From IMG/VR virus record IMGVR_UViG_3300045837_000032, positions 1-60,494 of that record: 60,494 bases of DNA. One strand, 5' to 3'. The first letter of the stretch is position 1, and every line of letters starts with the position of its first letter. Positions 9,642 to 17,974 of the stretch are shown piece after piece. Both the position numbers and the translations under genes were made by a program. Source of the stretch: a virus (lineage: Duplodnaviria; Caudoviricetes). The notes beneath the pieces are model-generated. The model was given only the letters and a program-made list of their open reading frames with translations. It searched no databases and was not told where the DNA came from.

Positions 9642-9833
9642 ATGATCCGCCAGGAGCAGGTGAACCGCATCGTGCGGGCGGCCGATGAACTACGGGACGC
9701 GAGCCACGATCACTTCCACGCGTGCACGCCGGAGAACGACCGGGCCGTGAACAGGTGCGTGGCCGTCATGGACGCGCTGTTGCGCAACAGCACCCCGGCG
9801 GAGCTGGACGCGGCCGGGGTGGAAGTCGACTGA
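9642..9833 (+). CDS. Hypothetical protein
   Basis: SD AAGGAG. Confidence 0.6.
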   Translation: MIRQEQVNRIVRAADELRDASHDHFHACTPENDRAVNRCVAVMDALLRNSTPAELDAAGVEVD

Positions 9834-9844
9834 CCAGGAACAAT

Positions 9845-9880
9845 GCAACCCCCGGCCCTTTGCAGAGGTCCGGGGGTTGC
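9845..9880. terminator. Hairpin terminator between convergent operons
   Basis: GCAACCCCCGG / CCGGGGGTTGC inverted repeat. Confidence 0.7.
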
Positions 9881-9909
9881 TGCTGCCCGCTACGCCACTG
9901 GTCGTGATC

Positions 9910-11826
9910 CTACGCGGCCGGCTGACGGTCCGGGGCCGGGCCGGCGTGCCATGTGCCCTCGCGGCTGTGGGCATGGCCGGCGGCGGCCAGTTTGCGCAGG
10001 TGCCGGAACGCGGTCGCACGGGCCACGCCGGCACGTTCGGCCAGCTCCTGGGCGTTCGCCGGCCCGGCCATGAGCGCGGCCAGGATCGGGTTGTCCGGCC
10101 GAACCGGCGCCGGCACGACCATGCCGGCGGCCATAACCTCGTCCGTGGTGTCGGTGAGCGCGGCCCAGGCCGACGGCTCCAGAACGCGCATCCCGTCGGC
10201 CAGCACAGCATCAATGTGGGCGCGGCGGTCGCGCACGGACACCCGGTAGCCCTTCGCCGTCTCCGGCGTGTTGTGTTCGTCGTCCTGGAGCACGAACTGG
10301 CCTGGTCGCAGGCCCGTGCAACTCCAGCCCTGCCGGACCTGCTCCTTCCACAGCACCTTGTTGGCGTGCTGGTTCAGGCGCAGGCCGATGGTGGCCTTGA
10401 GCTGGGACTGGAGTTCCTTGGAGCCGGTGTCCGCGCGGGAACCGTTCTGCGCCAACAGGATCAGCCAGACACCCACCTTGCGACCACGCTTGCCGATGCG
10501 GCCCACCAGGGCCTGGTGTTCGCGGCCTACGTAGTTGTACTCACGGGTGGAGCGCGCGGCGGCCACGGCCACCCAGTCCGGGTACTCGTCAATGATCGCC
10601 ACCAGCCAGGGGTGCTCCGGGGCCGGCTCGATCGAGTCCCCGGCGTCGTCCGTGGCCTCTTTTGCCTGGCCCAGACGCTTTTCCCGATCTTCGATGACGG
10701 CCATCAGCCGCTGGAGCATGATCACCGTGGAGTCGTAGTCCTCCGCCAACGGCAGGGCGAAGCAGCGGCGCCACACACCCAGCGTGGCGCCGGAGGCCAT
10801 GTCCGACCCGACCAGCACCACGTCCCGGCAGGCCGTCAGCCAGATCAGCAGAGACTCCAGCAGCGTCGACTTGCCGGAGCCGGTCTGGCCGACCACCAGC
10901 AGGTGCTGGAGGGTCCACATCACGGCGGCCCCGGTGGCGTACAGGCCGATCTGGATACGCTTGCCCAGGCCAGCGAGGCTGATCGAGCCGGGAGCCGGCA
11001 TCGGGTGGGACAGCGCACCGCGCCACGGGTCACGGACCATGAACTGGAGGGTGATCCGGCTGCTGTTCGTGTCGTCCTCCGCCAAGCTCACGGCGCCACG
11101 GCGGAGCCGGTAGAACGACGTGATGTTAGGCAGGCAGTTGGCCACGTCCTCCAGGGTCGCACCGTGAGCCAGTCGCACGATGAGAGTGCAGAGACCGCGA
11201 CGGGTGCCGGTGGCCCCGACCACCTTGGAGTCCAGGAGCGGTTTCAGCTTCGTGTTGGTGGTGGCACCCTCCGCCAGCTTGCGCCACTTCCGTGCGTACC
11301 GGTCGGCCCGACCCGCGATCCGGATACGGCGGTGGTACCACCAGGTGCCACCGAACACGACGGTGCCACCCTGCCATCCGTAGGCGGTCCACTGGCTGGC
11401 ACCGGCACCGACCCGCAGTGCCAGCCAGCCCCCGATGAAGATCAGGACCAGTGCCAGGTAGATGCGCTCCGTCGGCCGGTCCAGCACACCCTTGCGGCCG
11501 GAGTCCATGGAGTCCGGTACCAGTGCCGTCACCACGCGGGCCACGCCCCGGGAGAGGTGAGGGCCGGCCAGTGCCAGTGCCAGACCGGCCGCCGGGAGTG
11601 CCAGTGCCACCGGCCACAGGTCCGGTGCCAGCGCCCGCCAGATCAGCGCCACGATCTCCAGGACCGTGGCCACCCACAGCGGTGCCAGTACCCGGCGCCA
11701 GCGCCAGGACAGCCGGCCGATCAGGCGCCCGATGGGCCGGAACACCCACCGCCACGCCGCGTAGATGGTCAGGCCGGTGACGACACCCTCCCCCAAGAGG
11801 TCGGCCAGCGGATGCCTGCGTGCCAC
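9910..11826 (-). CDS. traB: TraB-type FtsK/SpoIIIE conjugative DNA translocase
   Basis: N-terminal TM segments, Walker A GQTGSGKS, Walker B AIIDE, GRKVGVWLILLAQ and a C-terminal winged helix (AQELAERAGVARATAFRHLRKL). This is the architecture of actinomycete plasmid/AICE TraB. Confidence 0.85.
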   Translation of the reverse strand: MARRHPLADLLGEGVVTGLTIYAAWRWVFRPIGRLIGRLSWRWRRVLAPLWVATVLEIVALIWRALAPDLWPVALALPAAGLALALAGPHLSRGVARVVTALVPDSMDSGRKGVLDRPTERIYLALVLIFIGGWLALRVGAGASQWTAYGWQGGTVVFGGTWWYHRRIRIAGRADRYARKWRKLAEGATTNTKLKPLLDSKVVGATGTRRGLCTLIVRLAHGATLEDVANCLPNITSFYRLRRGAVSLAEDDTNSSRITLQFMVRDPWRGALSHPMPAPGSISLAGLGKRIQIGLYATGAAVMWTLQHLLVVGQTGSGKSTLLESLLIWLTACRDVVLVGSDMASGATLGVWRRCFALPLAEDYDSTVIMLQRLMAVIEDREKRLGQAKEATDDAGDSIEPAPEHPWLVAIIDEYPDWVAVAAARSTREYNYVGREHQALVGRIGKRGRKVGVWLILLAQNGSRADTGSKELQSQLKATIGLRLNQHANKVLWKEQVRQGWSCTGLRPGQFVLQDDEHNTPETAKGYRVSVRDRRAHIDAVLADGMRVLEPSAWAALTDTTDEVMAAGMVVPAPVRPDNPILAALMAGPANAQELAERAGVARATAFRHLRKLAAAGHAHSREGTWHAGPAPDRQPAA

Positions 11827-11827
11827 G

Positions 11828-12688
11828 TCAGGCTCCCTTCGCGAGATTGGCGATCTTGGTTGCGCGGCTGCTGCCGACGCCGAACTCCTGCATGACGCGG
11901 CGCCGGGACACGCGGTCCCACGTCCGCGCCATCTCCGCCAGCTCCGCGTCCGTCAGCTCCGACAGCGGCCCGGACGGGACTGTGGTCAGCCGGCGGCCAG
12001 TGGAGGCGGGGGAGACCTTGGCGCGGTCCCGCACTGGCACCGCCGGTACCTTGGTGCCGATCTCCGTCATGCTGATGGGTGCCATCACCAGGGTTCGTTC
12101 CGTGATGGACTCCGCTGGCACCGGTCGTGGTGTCGGTGCCACCTCTCGGACCGGTGCCGGCGTTGTAGGCGTAGGTGATACCGGGTCCACGGGGTGACGC
12201 GGTGCCGGTTGCGGTTCGGTCACGACTGGCACCGGTACCGCTGGATCGGCCGGTGCCGGTCGGTACTCCAGTGGTGGCCCTGGCACCGGTGCCAGGGCCG
12301 GTGCCAGTGCCGGCTCCGGCGCGCTGTGCTTGTGCAGGACCAGCAGCAGCCACGCGAGCATGGCCGGCGGGATGGCACCCAGGATGGCGGCCAGGACACC
12401 GGACGCCAGGTAGTGCCAACTGACGTTGCCCGCCAGAGACAGGCCGATGGCGGTCAGCGCCAGCGCACCGGCCGACCGCGCGGCCCGGCCGTGGCGCATC
12501 CACACGTCCATGGCGAACGCGGCCACCGCGTCCAGGGACAGCGGAAACAGCCAGTCCGTCCAGCCGAACCCGGCGCGGGCCGCGAGCGACTGGACGGACG
12601 TAAAGCTGATCACCGCTGTGGCGGACACGGTGATGAAGGCCAGCACACGGAGCCGGACGGTCCGCACGCGCCAGCTACTCACCTCCAT
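11828..12688 (-). CDS. DUF2637/Spd-like membrane spread protein with C-terminal HTH
   Basis: ISFTSVQSLAARAGF...LFPLSLD motif, about four TM segments, Pro-rich linker, C-terminal SRRRVMQEFGVGSSRATKI. Confidence 0.75.
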   Translation of the reverse strand: MEVSSWRVRTVRLRVLAFITVSATAVISFTSVQSLAARAGFGWTDWLFPLSLDAVAAFAMDVWMRHGRAARSAGALALTAIGLSLAGNVSWHYLASGVLAAILGAIPPAMLAWLLLVLHKHSAPEPALAPALAPVPGPPLEYRPAPADPAVPVPVVTEPQPAPRHPVDPVSPTPTTPAPVREVAPTPRPVPAESITERTLVMAPISMTEIGTKVPAVPVRDRAKVSPASTGRRLTTVPSGPLSELTDAELAEMARTWDRVSRRRVMQEFGVGSSRATKIANLAKGA

Positions 12689-12855
12689 GGCTCACCTCCG
12701 GAGAACCCGCGCAACCGCCGACGCCTCTCCAGCGGAATTCGGACCCAGGTCCAGATCACGTAGGCGCCGTACGCCCCGACGACCAGCCACCACTGTGACG
12801 CGCTGATTCCCACCGCCAGCGCGACGATCAAGCCAACAACCGGCCACAACCTCAT
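12679..12855 (-). CDS. Small membrane protein, first gene of the transfer operon
   Basis: MRLWPVVGLIVALAVG...; leaderless ATG 6 nt after a minus-strand TATGGT. Confidence 0.6.
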   Translation of the reverse strand: MRLWPVVGLIVALAVGISASQWWLVVGAYGAYVIWTWVRIPLERRRRLRGFSGGEPWR

Positions 12856-12861
12856 GCTGAT

Positions 12862-12897
12862 ACCATAGTGGTATCCCCCCAAAGTTTCGGGTAGCAT
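12862..12897. promoter_or_regulatory. Transfer-operon promoter overlapping a variant operator copy
   Basis: GTATCCCCCC-AAAGTTTC-GGGTAGCAT; candidate minus-strand -10 TATGGT. Confidence 0.55.
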
Positions 12898-12906
12898 CGG
12901 CGTCTG

Positions 12907-12952
12907 CCCAGGTGAATGGGGGTTGTGTTACCCGGTCAGTGGGGGGTAACAT
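12907..12952 (+). promoter_or_regulatory. Conserved promoter/operator, copy 5, with upstream CCCAGGTGAATGG box
   Basis: TTGTGT-18 nt-TAACAT; perfect TGTTACCC / GGGTAACA inverted repeat. Confidence 0.85.
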
Positions 12953-13017
12953 CGGAGATGTCAGAGAGCGGAGGGAACATCCTCTAGCCGGACGAGATCG
13001 ACGGGAGACGATCACAG

Positions 13018-14277
13018 ATGAGCACCATCGACACCTTGCGCCACGCCACCCTGGACGACATGATCAGCACCTTGCGCAGCCAGCAGGCCCGTAAGATCGA
13101 CCTGGTGATGCCGGCGTCCGCCATGCGGTTCCGGGACGGCAACCTCGTGGTGAAGGGCCTGGACTGGATTCTGGACGACAACGGCGCCACGGACCCCAAC
13201 GGCGTTTACACGCCCACCAAGCGCGCGGACCAGACCCTCTCCGACCGGCTCAACGTCCCGGGCGCCTACCTGACCCGGATGCGCAACGAGCGGCCCGACG
13301 TGTACGACTTCACCCTGAACCGGCTGGCCGGTGGCGTGCGCAAGGCCGACGGCACGATCGTCTACGAGGCCGACGGCCGCGACTTCCTGGCCCGCCTGTT
13401 CCGTGGCGACGACGGCCAGGGCGGAGTGCTTCGCGCCATGCTGTCCAACCGCTACGGCATCCAGGACAACCTGGACGTGCTGATGGCAGTCCTGGCCGGG
13501 ATCAACGCGGCCAGCGCGGAACGTGAAGCCCAGGGCCTGGAGGCACTGGACGTTCAGGTCCGGGACTGTGACCTCACCGACTCGCGGATGAACGTGTCCC
13601 TGTACTCGCCCCAGGTCAAGGCCATGGCGCCCAACCTGCTCCGGGCCTACCGCAACCCGTTCCAGGTGAATCCGGAGTTCGCCCAGGCGCGTGGCGGGGA
13701 CGCGGAGGTGGAGCACTGGCGCCGGATCGCGGAGCGCGAGGGCATGGCCTACGAGCGTGGCCAGGAGCCGGTGGTGTTCGCCGGGTTCCGCATCCGCAAC
13801 AGCGAGGTAGGCGACGGTGCCCGCTGCCTGACCCCGGACATCTGGGTGCGGATCTGCAAGAACGGCCTCACCCTGCCGCTGTTCGCGGACTGCAAGGCCC
13901 ACCTGGGCGCCCGCATGGAGGCCGGCGTGTGGAACGCGGAAGTCCAGACCAAGGAGACCGAACTGATCGTGGCCCAGGTCAAGCAGCGGGTCAGCGAGTG
14001 GCTGAACCCGACGTTCCTGGCCGACCGCATCAACGAGATCGAGGCCCTGGCGGGCAAGCCGGTGACGGAGCCCACCAAGAAGATCAAGGCCCTGGGCAAG
14101 ACGTTGAAGTGGTCGGACGCGGAGGCGGACGGCATCCTGGCGCACTTCACCACGGGCGGCCAGCTCACGGCGGCCGGTGTGGCGAACGCCATCACCTCGT
14201 TCAGCCAGACCCTGACCAACGCGGACCGCGCGTCCGACCTGGACGACCAGGCGGTCAAGGCCATGAGCCTGGTGTGA
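13018..14277 (+). CDS. DUF932-like phage/plasmid protein
   Basis: RAMLSNRY, GFRIRNSEVGDGA, VRICKNGL and H.G motifs with a helical C-terminus. Confidence 0.7.
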   Translation: MSTIDTLRHATLDDMISTLRSQQARKIDLVMPASAMRFRDGNLVVKGLDWILDDNGATDPNGVYTPTKRADQTLSDRLNVPGAYLTRMRNERPDVYDFTLNRLAGGVRKADGTIVYEADGRDFLARLFRGDDGQGGVLRAMLSNRYGIQDNLDVLMAVLAGINAASAEREAQGLEALDVQVRDCDLTDSRMNVSLYSPQVKAMAPNLLRAYRNPFQVNPEFAQARGGDAEVEHWRRIAEREGMAYERGQEPVVFAGFRIRNSEVGDGARCLTPDIWVRICKNGLTLPLFADCKAHLGARMEAGVWNAEVQTKETELIVAQVKQRVSEWLNPTFLADRINEIEALAGKPVTEPTKKIKALGKTLKWSDAEADGILAHFTTGGQLTAAGVANAITSFSQTLTNADRASDLDDQAVKAMSLV

Positions 14278-14283
14278 TAGACC

Positions 14284-14318
14284 GGCTGGCGGCCGGAGGT
14301 TCGGTCCGGCCGCCAGCC
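14284..14318 (+). other. Perfect 14-bp hairpin (processing or attenuation site) before the tRNA-like RNA
   Basis: GGCTGGCGGCCGGA-GGTTCGG-TCCGGCCGCCAGCC; no U-tract. Confidence 0.7.
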
Positions 14319-14322
14319 ACCT

Positions 14323-14406
14323 GGGGACGTAGCTCAATCGGCAGAGCACAGAGGCCGGCCGGCTACAACAGGACTGTGGTTCCGGGTTCGAGTCCCGGCG
14401 TCCCCC
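14323..14406 (+). ncRNA. tRNA-like RNA 1 with an expanded anticodon arm
   Basis: Acceptor stem GGGGACG/CGTCCCC, D arm GCTC-AATCGGCA-GAGC, T arm CCGGG-TTCGAGT-CCCGG; anticodon arm 11 nt longer than canonical. Confidence 0.8.
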
Positions 14407-14442
14407 CCGCGAGAGGTTATCCAACGACGGACGGAGATCGAC

Positions 14443-14619
14443 ATGGCGGAGCAGCGCGGCGGCAAGGTGACCAACATCGTGGAGGGTGCGGCCACCAATG
14501 TGACGCAGGTCGGCAACACCGACGGTGACGGCGGAGAGGTCACCAACATCGTGAACGGTGACGCCACGAACGTGTTCCAGGCGGGCACGATCACGGGTGG
14601 CGTGCACATCGGTCGGTAG
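14443..14619 (+). CDS. 58-aa two-repeat RHIM/BASS-like amyloid-motif protein (not in the track)
   Basis: SD GGAGA; MAEQRGGKVTNIVEGAATNVTQVGNTDGDGGEVTNIVNGDATNVFQAGTITGGVHIGR; GC3-rich codons. Confidence 0.75.
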   Translation: MAEQRGGKVTNIVEGAATNVTQVGNTDGDGGEVTNIVNGDATNVFQAGTITGGVHIGR

Positions 14620-14627
14620 CAAGAGCC

Positions 14628-14711
14628 GGGGATGTAGCTCAATCGGCAGAGCTGTGGCAGGCTGGCCAGCTTCTACGCCACGAGGTCCGGGTTCAAGCCC
14701 CGGCATCCCCC
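14628..14711 (+). ncRNA. tRNA-like RNA 2 with an expanded anticodon arm
   Basis: Acceptor stem GGGGATG/CATCCCC, same D arm as RNA 1, stem GTGGC/GCCAC closing 18 nt, T arm CCGGG-TTCAAGC-CCCGG. Confidence 0.8.
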
Positions 14712-14891
14712 CGAAGGGTGCCCGTGAGGGCTGCCACCGTGCACGGTCCGGCCGCTGCGCCACCGCTCACCGTACGGCCGCACCTGGGCCGGACACTATG
14801 GCGGGACGTGTGGGACGTGGAGGACAAGGCAGGACGTAAGGCTCGAACTCGGCGGGCGCGTCCACCCTCTGAAATGTCGTCTCCCGCGACA

Positions 14892-14944
14892 CGCCAAGGC
14901 CCCGGGACCGCTCACCACAGCGGTGGAACCCCGGGGCCTTGGCG
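14892..14944 (+). terminator. Long hairpin, probable terminator
   Basis: CGCCAAGGCCCCGGG ... CCCGGGGCCTTGGCG. Confidence 0.55.
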
Positions 14945-15059
14945 CTGTCCGGGCCACGGACGCGTGCCGTCGGCTGCCCATCGCGGCGACGCGGCCACGG
15001 TAGGCCAGGCCCGGGTGACGTGGATAGATCGTGGATTTTTGGTGGATCGAAAAAACCTC

Positions 15060-15089
15060 TTGTGGCCCCAGGCTTAAGGGGGGTAACAT
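15060..15089 (+). promoter_or_regulatory. Conserved promoter/operator, copy 6 (leaderless), with AT-rich upstream DNA
   Basis: TTGTGG-18 nt-TAACAT; ATG at 15097. Confidence 0.8.
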
Positions 15090-15096
15090 TGAACCC

Positions 15097-17777
15097 ATGC
15101 GGACGATCATCACCCCGAAGCAGCAGGCCGGTATCGAGGCCATCAACGCGGACCCGTTCGCGCTGGGCATTGCGCCCGTGACGCTGGACGCGCTGGTGCG
15201 CAAGGGGCTGGCCCGGGACCTGTCTGGCGGCAACCGCCTGCGGTACGAACTCACGCTGGCCGGGCGCCTGCTGCTTCCTGGCGTGGACGTGACCGCCCAC
15301 CAGTCCAGCGTGGCCCTGGCCGCGCCCGCGCTGTTCCCGACGACGGATGAGGACTTCTGATCATGACGAATCACCCGGACCCGAAGTTCACCGGTCACTA
15401 CACGGATCGGGACGCCACGCTGGACAGCGTCGTGCAACTGGACGTGATCAACGGCCGGGACGCGGTCTACATGACCACCCGTACGGAGCTGTTCGGCGGC
15501 ATGGTCAAGACGGAGGCCAGCGTCACTCTGGAACCGGCGGCTGCGGTGAAGCTCCGCGACCAGCTCACCACCATGGCCGTGTTCAACGAGTGGGAGCGTC
15601 CGGCGACGTTGCCACCGGGCATCAGGGCCAGCTTGTCCATCCTGGTCAACCAGGCGCATCAGGGCCTGGACTCCGGTCGCAACGAACAGGACGTTCTGGC
15701 CGATGTGCTGGCCAGCATCAACACCCTGCTGGGTGCGTCATGAGCGACTACCCGAATGGCGCGGACCAGGGCCGGATCGATGACCTGGCCGCCCGGCTCC
15801 GGCGGGCCTACAACGGCATGAACGGCGCCAACGACCAGTGGCGGCATGTTGCCTCCGTGGCGTACGTGCACATCGGCCGCGAGGTCACCAAGCTGACCGA
15901 CGCCCTGACCGCGCTGCACATCCGGGCCACGGAGCAGATCAACAACGAGGACGCGGACCGCCAGTACGTACTGGAGGGGTTGCTGGCCAGTATCGCGGCG
16001 CTGGCTGGGTTCAACGAGGACGAGGAGGGCTGACCCATGATCAAGGGTGTGCTGACGGAGCAGTTGATCCGCATGTTCGCCGTGGAGGGTGAGGGGCCGG
16101 TGGATCGGCCGCACTCCGCAACGCGCATCGTGGTGGACCGCGTGGAGATCACCTACGAGCGGACCACGGAACGCGGCTGGACCCCCAAGAAGATCCACAT
16201 CAAGGGCTGGCGGGCCAAGGCCGACGGGACGGCCGGCGGCCAGTTCCTGGAGGAACACTGGTACTACAACCCGTCGCCCGATCCGGCCGTGATGGGGAGC
16301 TGGGGCTACGCCATGCCGCCAGCCCTGTGGCTGACCGTGCTGGCCGCGAACACGTGCCCCGACGGGCCGGCCCTGGAGCCGGTGCCGGGTAGCGGAGAGG
16401 CCGCCGTGGACCTGGACGCGGTGGAGGGTTGACCGGTGGCCACTCTGCCGATCTCCGAAGAACGCCTGTTCACCTTCATGGTGGAGAACGAGGCGCCGGT
16501 CCGGCGTCACGGCGCCATGGACTTGATCGTGCCGAACTGGCTGGTGGTCACCTATTCCCAGCACACGGACCCGGATTACCGGCGCGCGTGGATCGTGCGG
16601 TGCGTGGAGGTCACGGGCTACCGCGCCAAGCGGGACGGATCGGCCGGCCAGACGGCGGCCCGCGCCACGTGGTGGAGTCCTGGTGCGCCGGAGTTCGAGC
16701 TGTGGCCGGAGTGGCTGGCCAAACTGATCACCGCGAACATGCCGATGTGATCATGGATGACCTACACCTGGTCCAGATCACGATCACGTGCCGTGGCTGT
16801 GGCGCGCGGTGGAAGACGTGGTGGACGGAGTCAGGAAACCAGCAGATGCCAGCATGTCCGGACTGTGTTCCGGGCCTGGAGTAGCGACAACCGATGACAA
16901 GGGAGTGATCACCATGGCGGATGCCAGATGGCAACCGCAGGGACCGCCGGCCCGTGGTGAACAGGTCACCACGGAGGCCGTACAGCGGGCCGTGAACATC
17001 ATCAAAGCCGACAACAAGGTCAGCCGCGAGGAGCGGCGCGCGGCCCGGAAGGCGGCACGGGCATGAGCGGTCCGAATGAGTTGGGCACGTACACACGGCG
17101 GCTGGTGGCCGATGTCAGTGCGGAGCTGGACCGGCGCCTGGCCGCGCTGGGCGAGATCCGCGACCGTGAGGCCACCTGGGCGGACTACCTCATGGCCCAG
17201 GCGTATGAGGCGCTGGGGCAGGCGGACGCGGCCAACGTGCGCACGGTGCTGATCGAGCTGGCCGCGACCGCGCTGGAGTGGGCGCGTGACATCGATCTGA
17301 CGGAGGCCGGCCACGGTACGCACGAGATCGTGTGCAGTGAGCCGGCACGGGCCACGCCACCGCCGGATCTGGCGTGGCCCGTGCCGGTCCGGCCCGGCGG
17401 ACCCGTTCACGGCGGGTTCCGCGTTGTCGACGGCGGGAACTATGACCAGCCGTGACCACGGCGGAGCGCACCGCGCTGATCATCATGACGGTGATCAGCG
17501 CGGTGATTCTCGTAGCCTCCGGGATCGCCTGGTGGACCGGGCGGTAACCATCCTGGTCGCGCATCCGGAAGCGCTGTACCGGCCGAACCCGCGCCATGGT
17601 CAGTGCCGCTGGCTGGGCTGTGACGAGGCCCCGACGGATCTGGCCGGCCCGTGGTGTTGGCGGCATCGGGCCTGGCACTACGCCAGGGTGCGCATCCGGG
17701 AGGACATGCGCCGGGCGGTGCTCCGCGAGGTCGGCACGCTGGCGCAACTGGGCCTGATACGGAGCGAGTACGTCTGA
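15097..17777 (+). other. Early operon of small hypothetical genes (15097-15360, 15363-15743, 15740-16033, 16037-16432, 16436-16750, 17063-17455, 17442-17777 and others)
   Basis: Tightly packed same-strand ORFs after the promoter. Confidence 0.6.
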
Positions 17778-17780
17778 CCG

Positions 17781-17809
17781 TTGTAACCCCCGCTGCCACC
17801 GGGTAACAT
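17781..17809 (+). promoter_or_regulatory. Conserved promoter/operator, copy 7
   Basis: TTGTAA-17 nt-TAACAT. Confidence 0.8.
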
Positions 17810-17974
17810 GGTCGCGTAACCACGGCAGAGGGAGACGACCATGGCGGACAACGAGCCGGTGACCAGGACGACGGACAGGGCTATCGACAAGGTGAACAAC
17901 CGGGTGGTCGGCAAGGCGGACAAGGACCCGAACGAGAAGCTGGCGGAGGCCATTCGGGCCACGAGGAGGACGCG

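Noticed and set aside
9877-11895. 672-aa plus-strand ORF, and other long antisense ORFs (13012-14763, 26469-28457, 34948-36582, 36930-38804, 57962-59794)
   Set aside because: These are shadow frames of real genes in high-GC DNA, with no motifs and Arg/Gly/His-rich composition.
14323-14711. Calling the two elements standard tRNA-Ala or tRNA-Gly, or an attP site
   Set aside because: There is no 7-nt anticodon loop, no G3:U70 pair, and no integrase nearby.
14720-14890. GGAC-rich stretch ending TCCACC as a tmRNA-like or CsrA-sponge RNA
   Set aside because: I could not build a convincing T arm, acceptor stem or repeated GGA hairpins, so the evidence is too weak.
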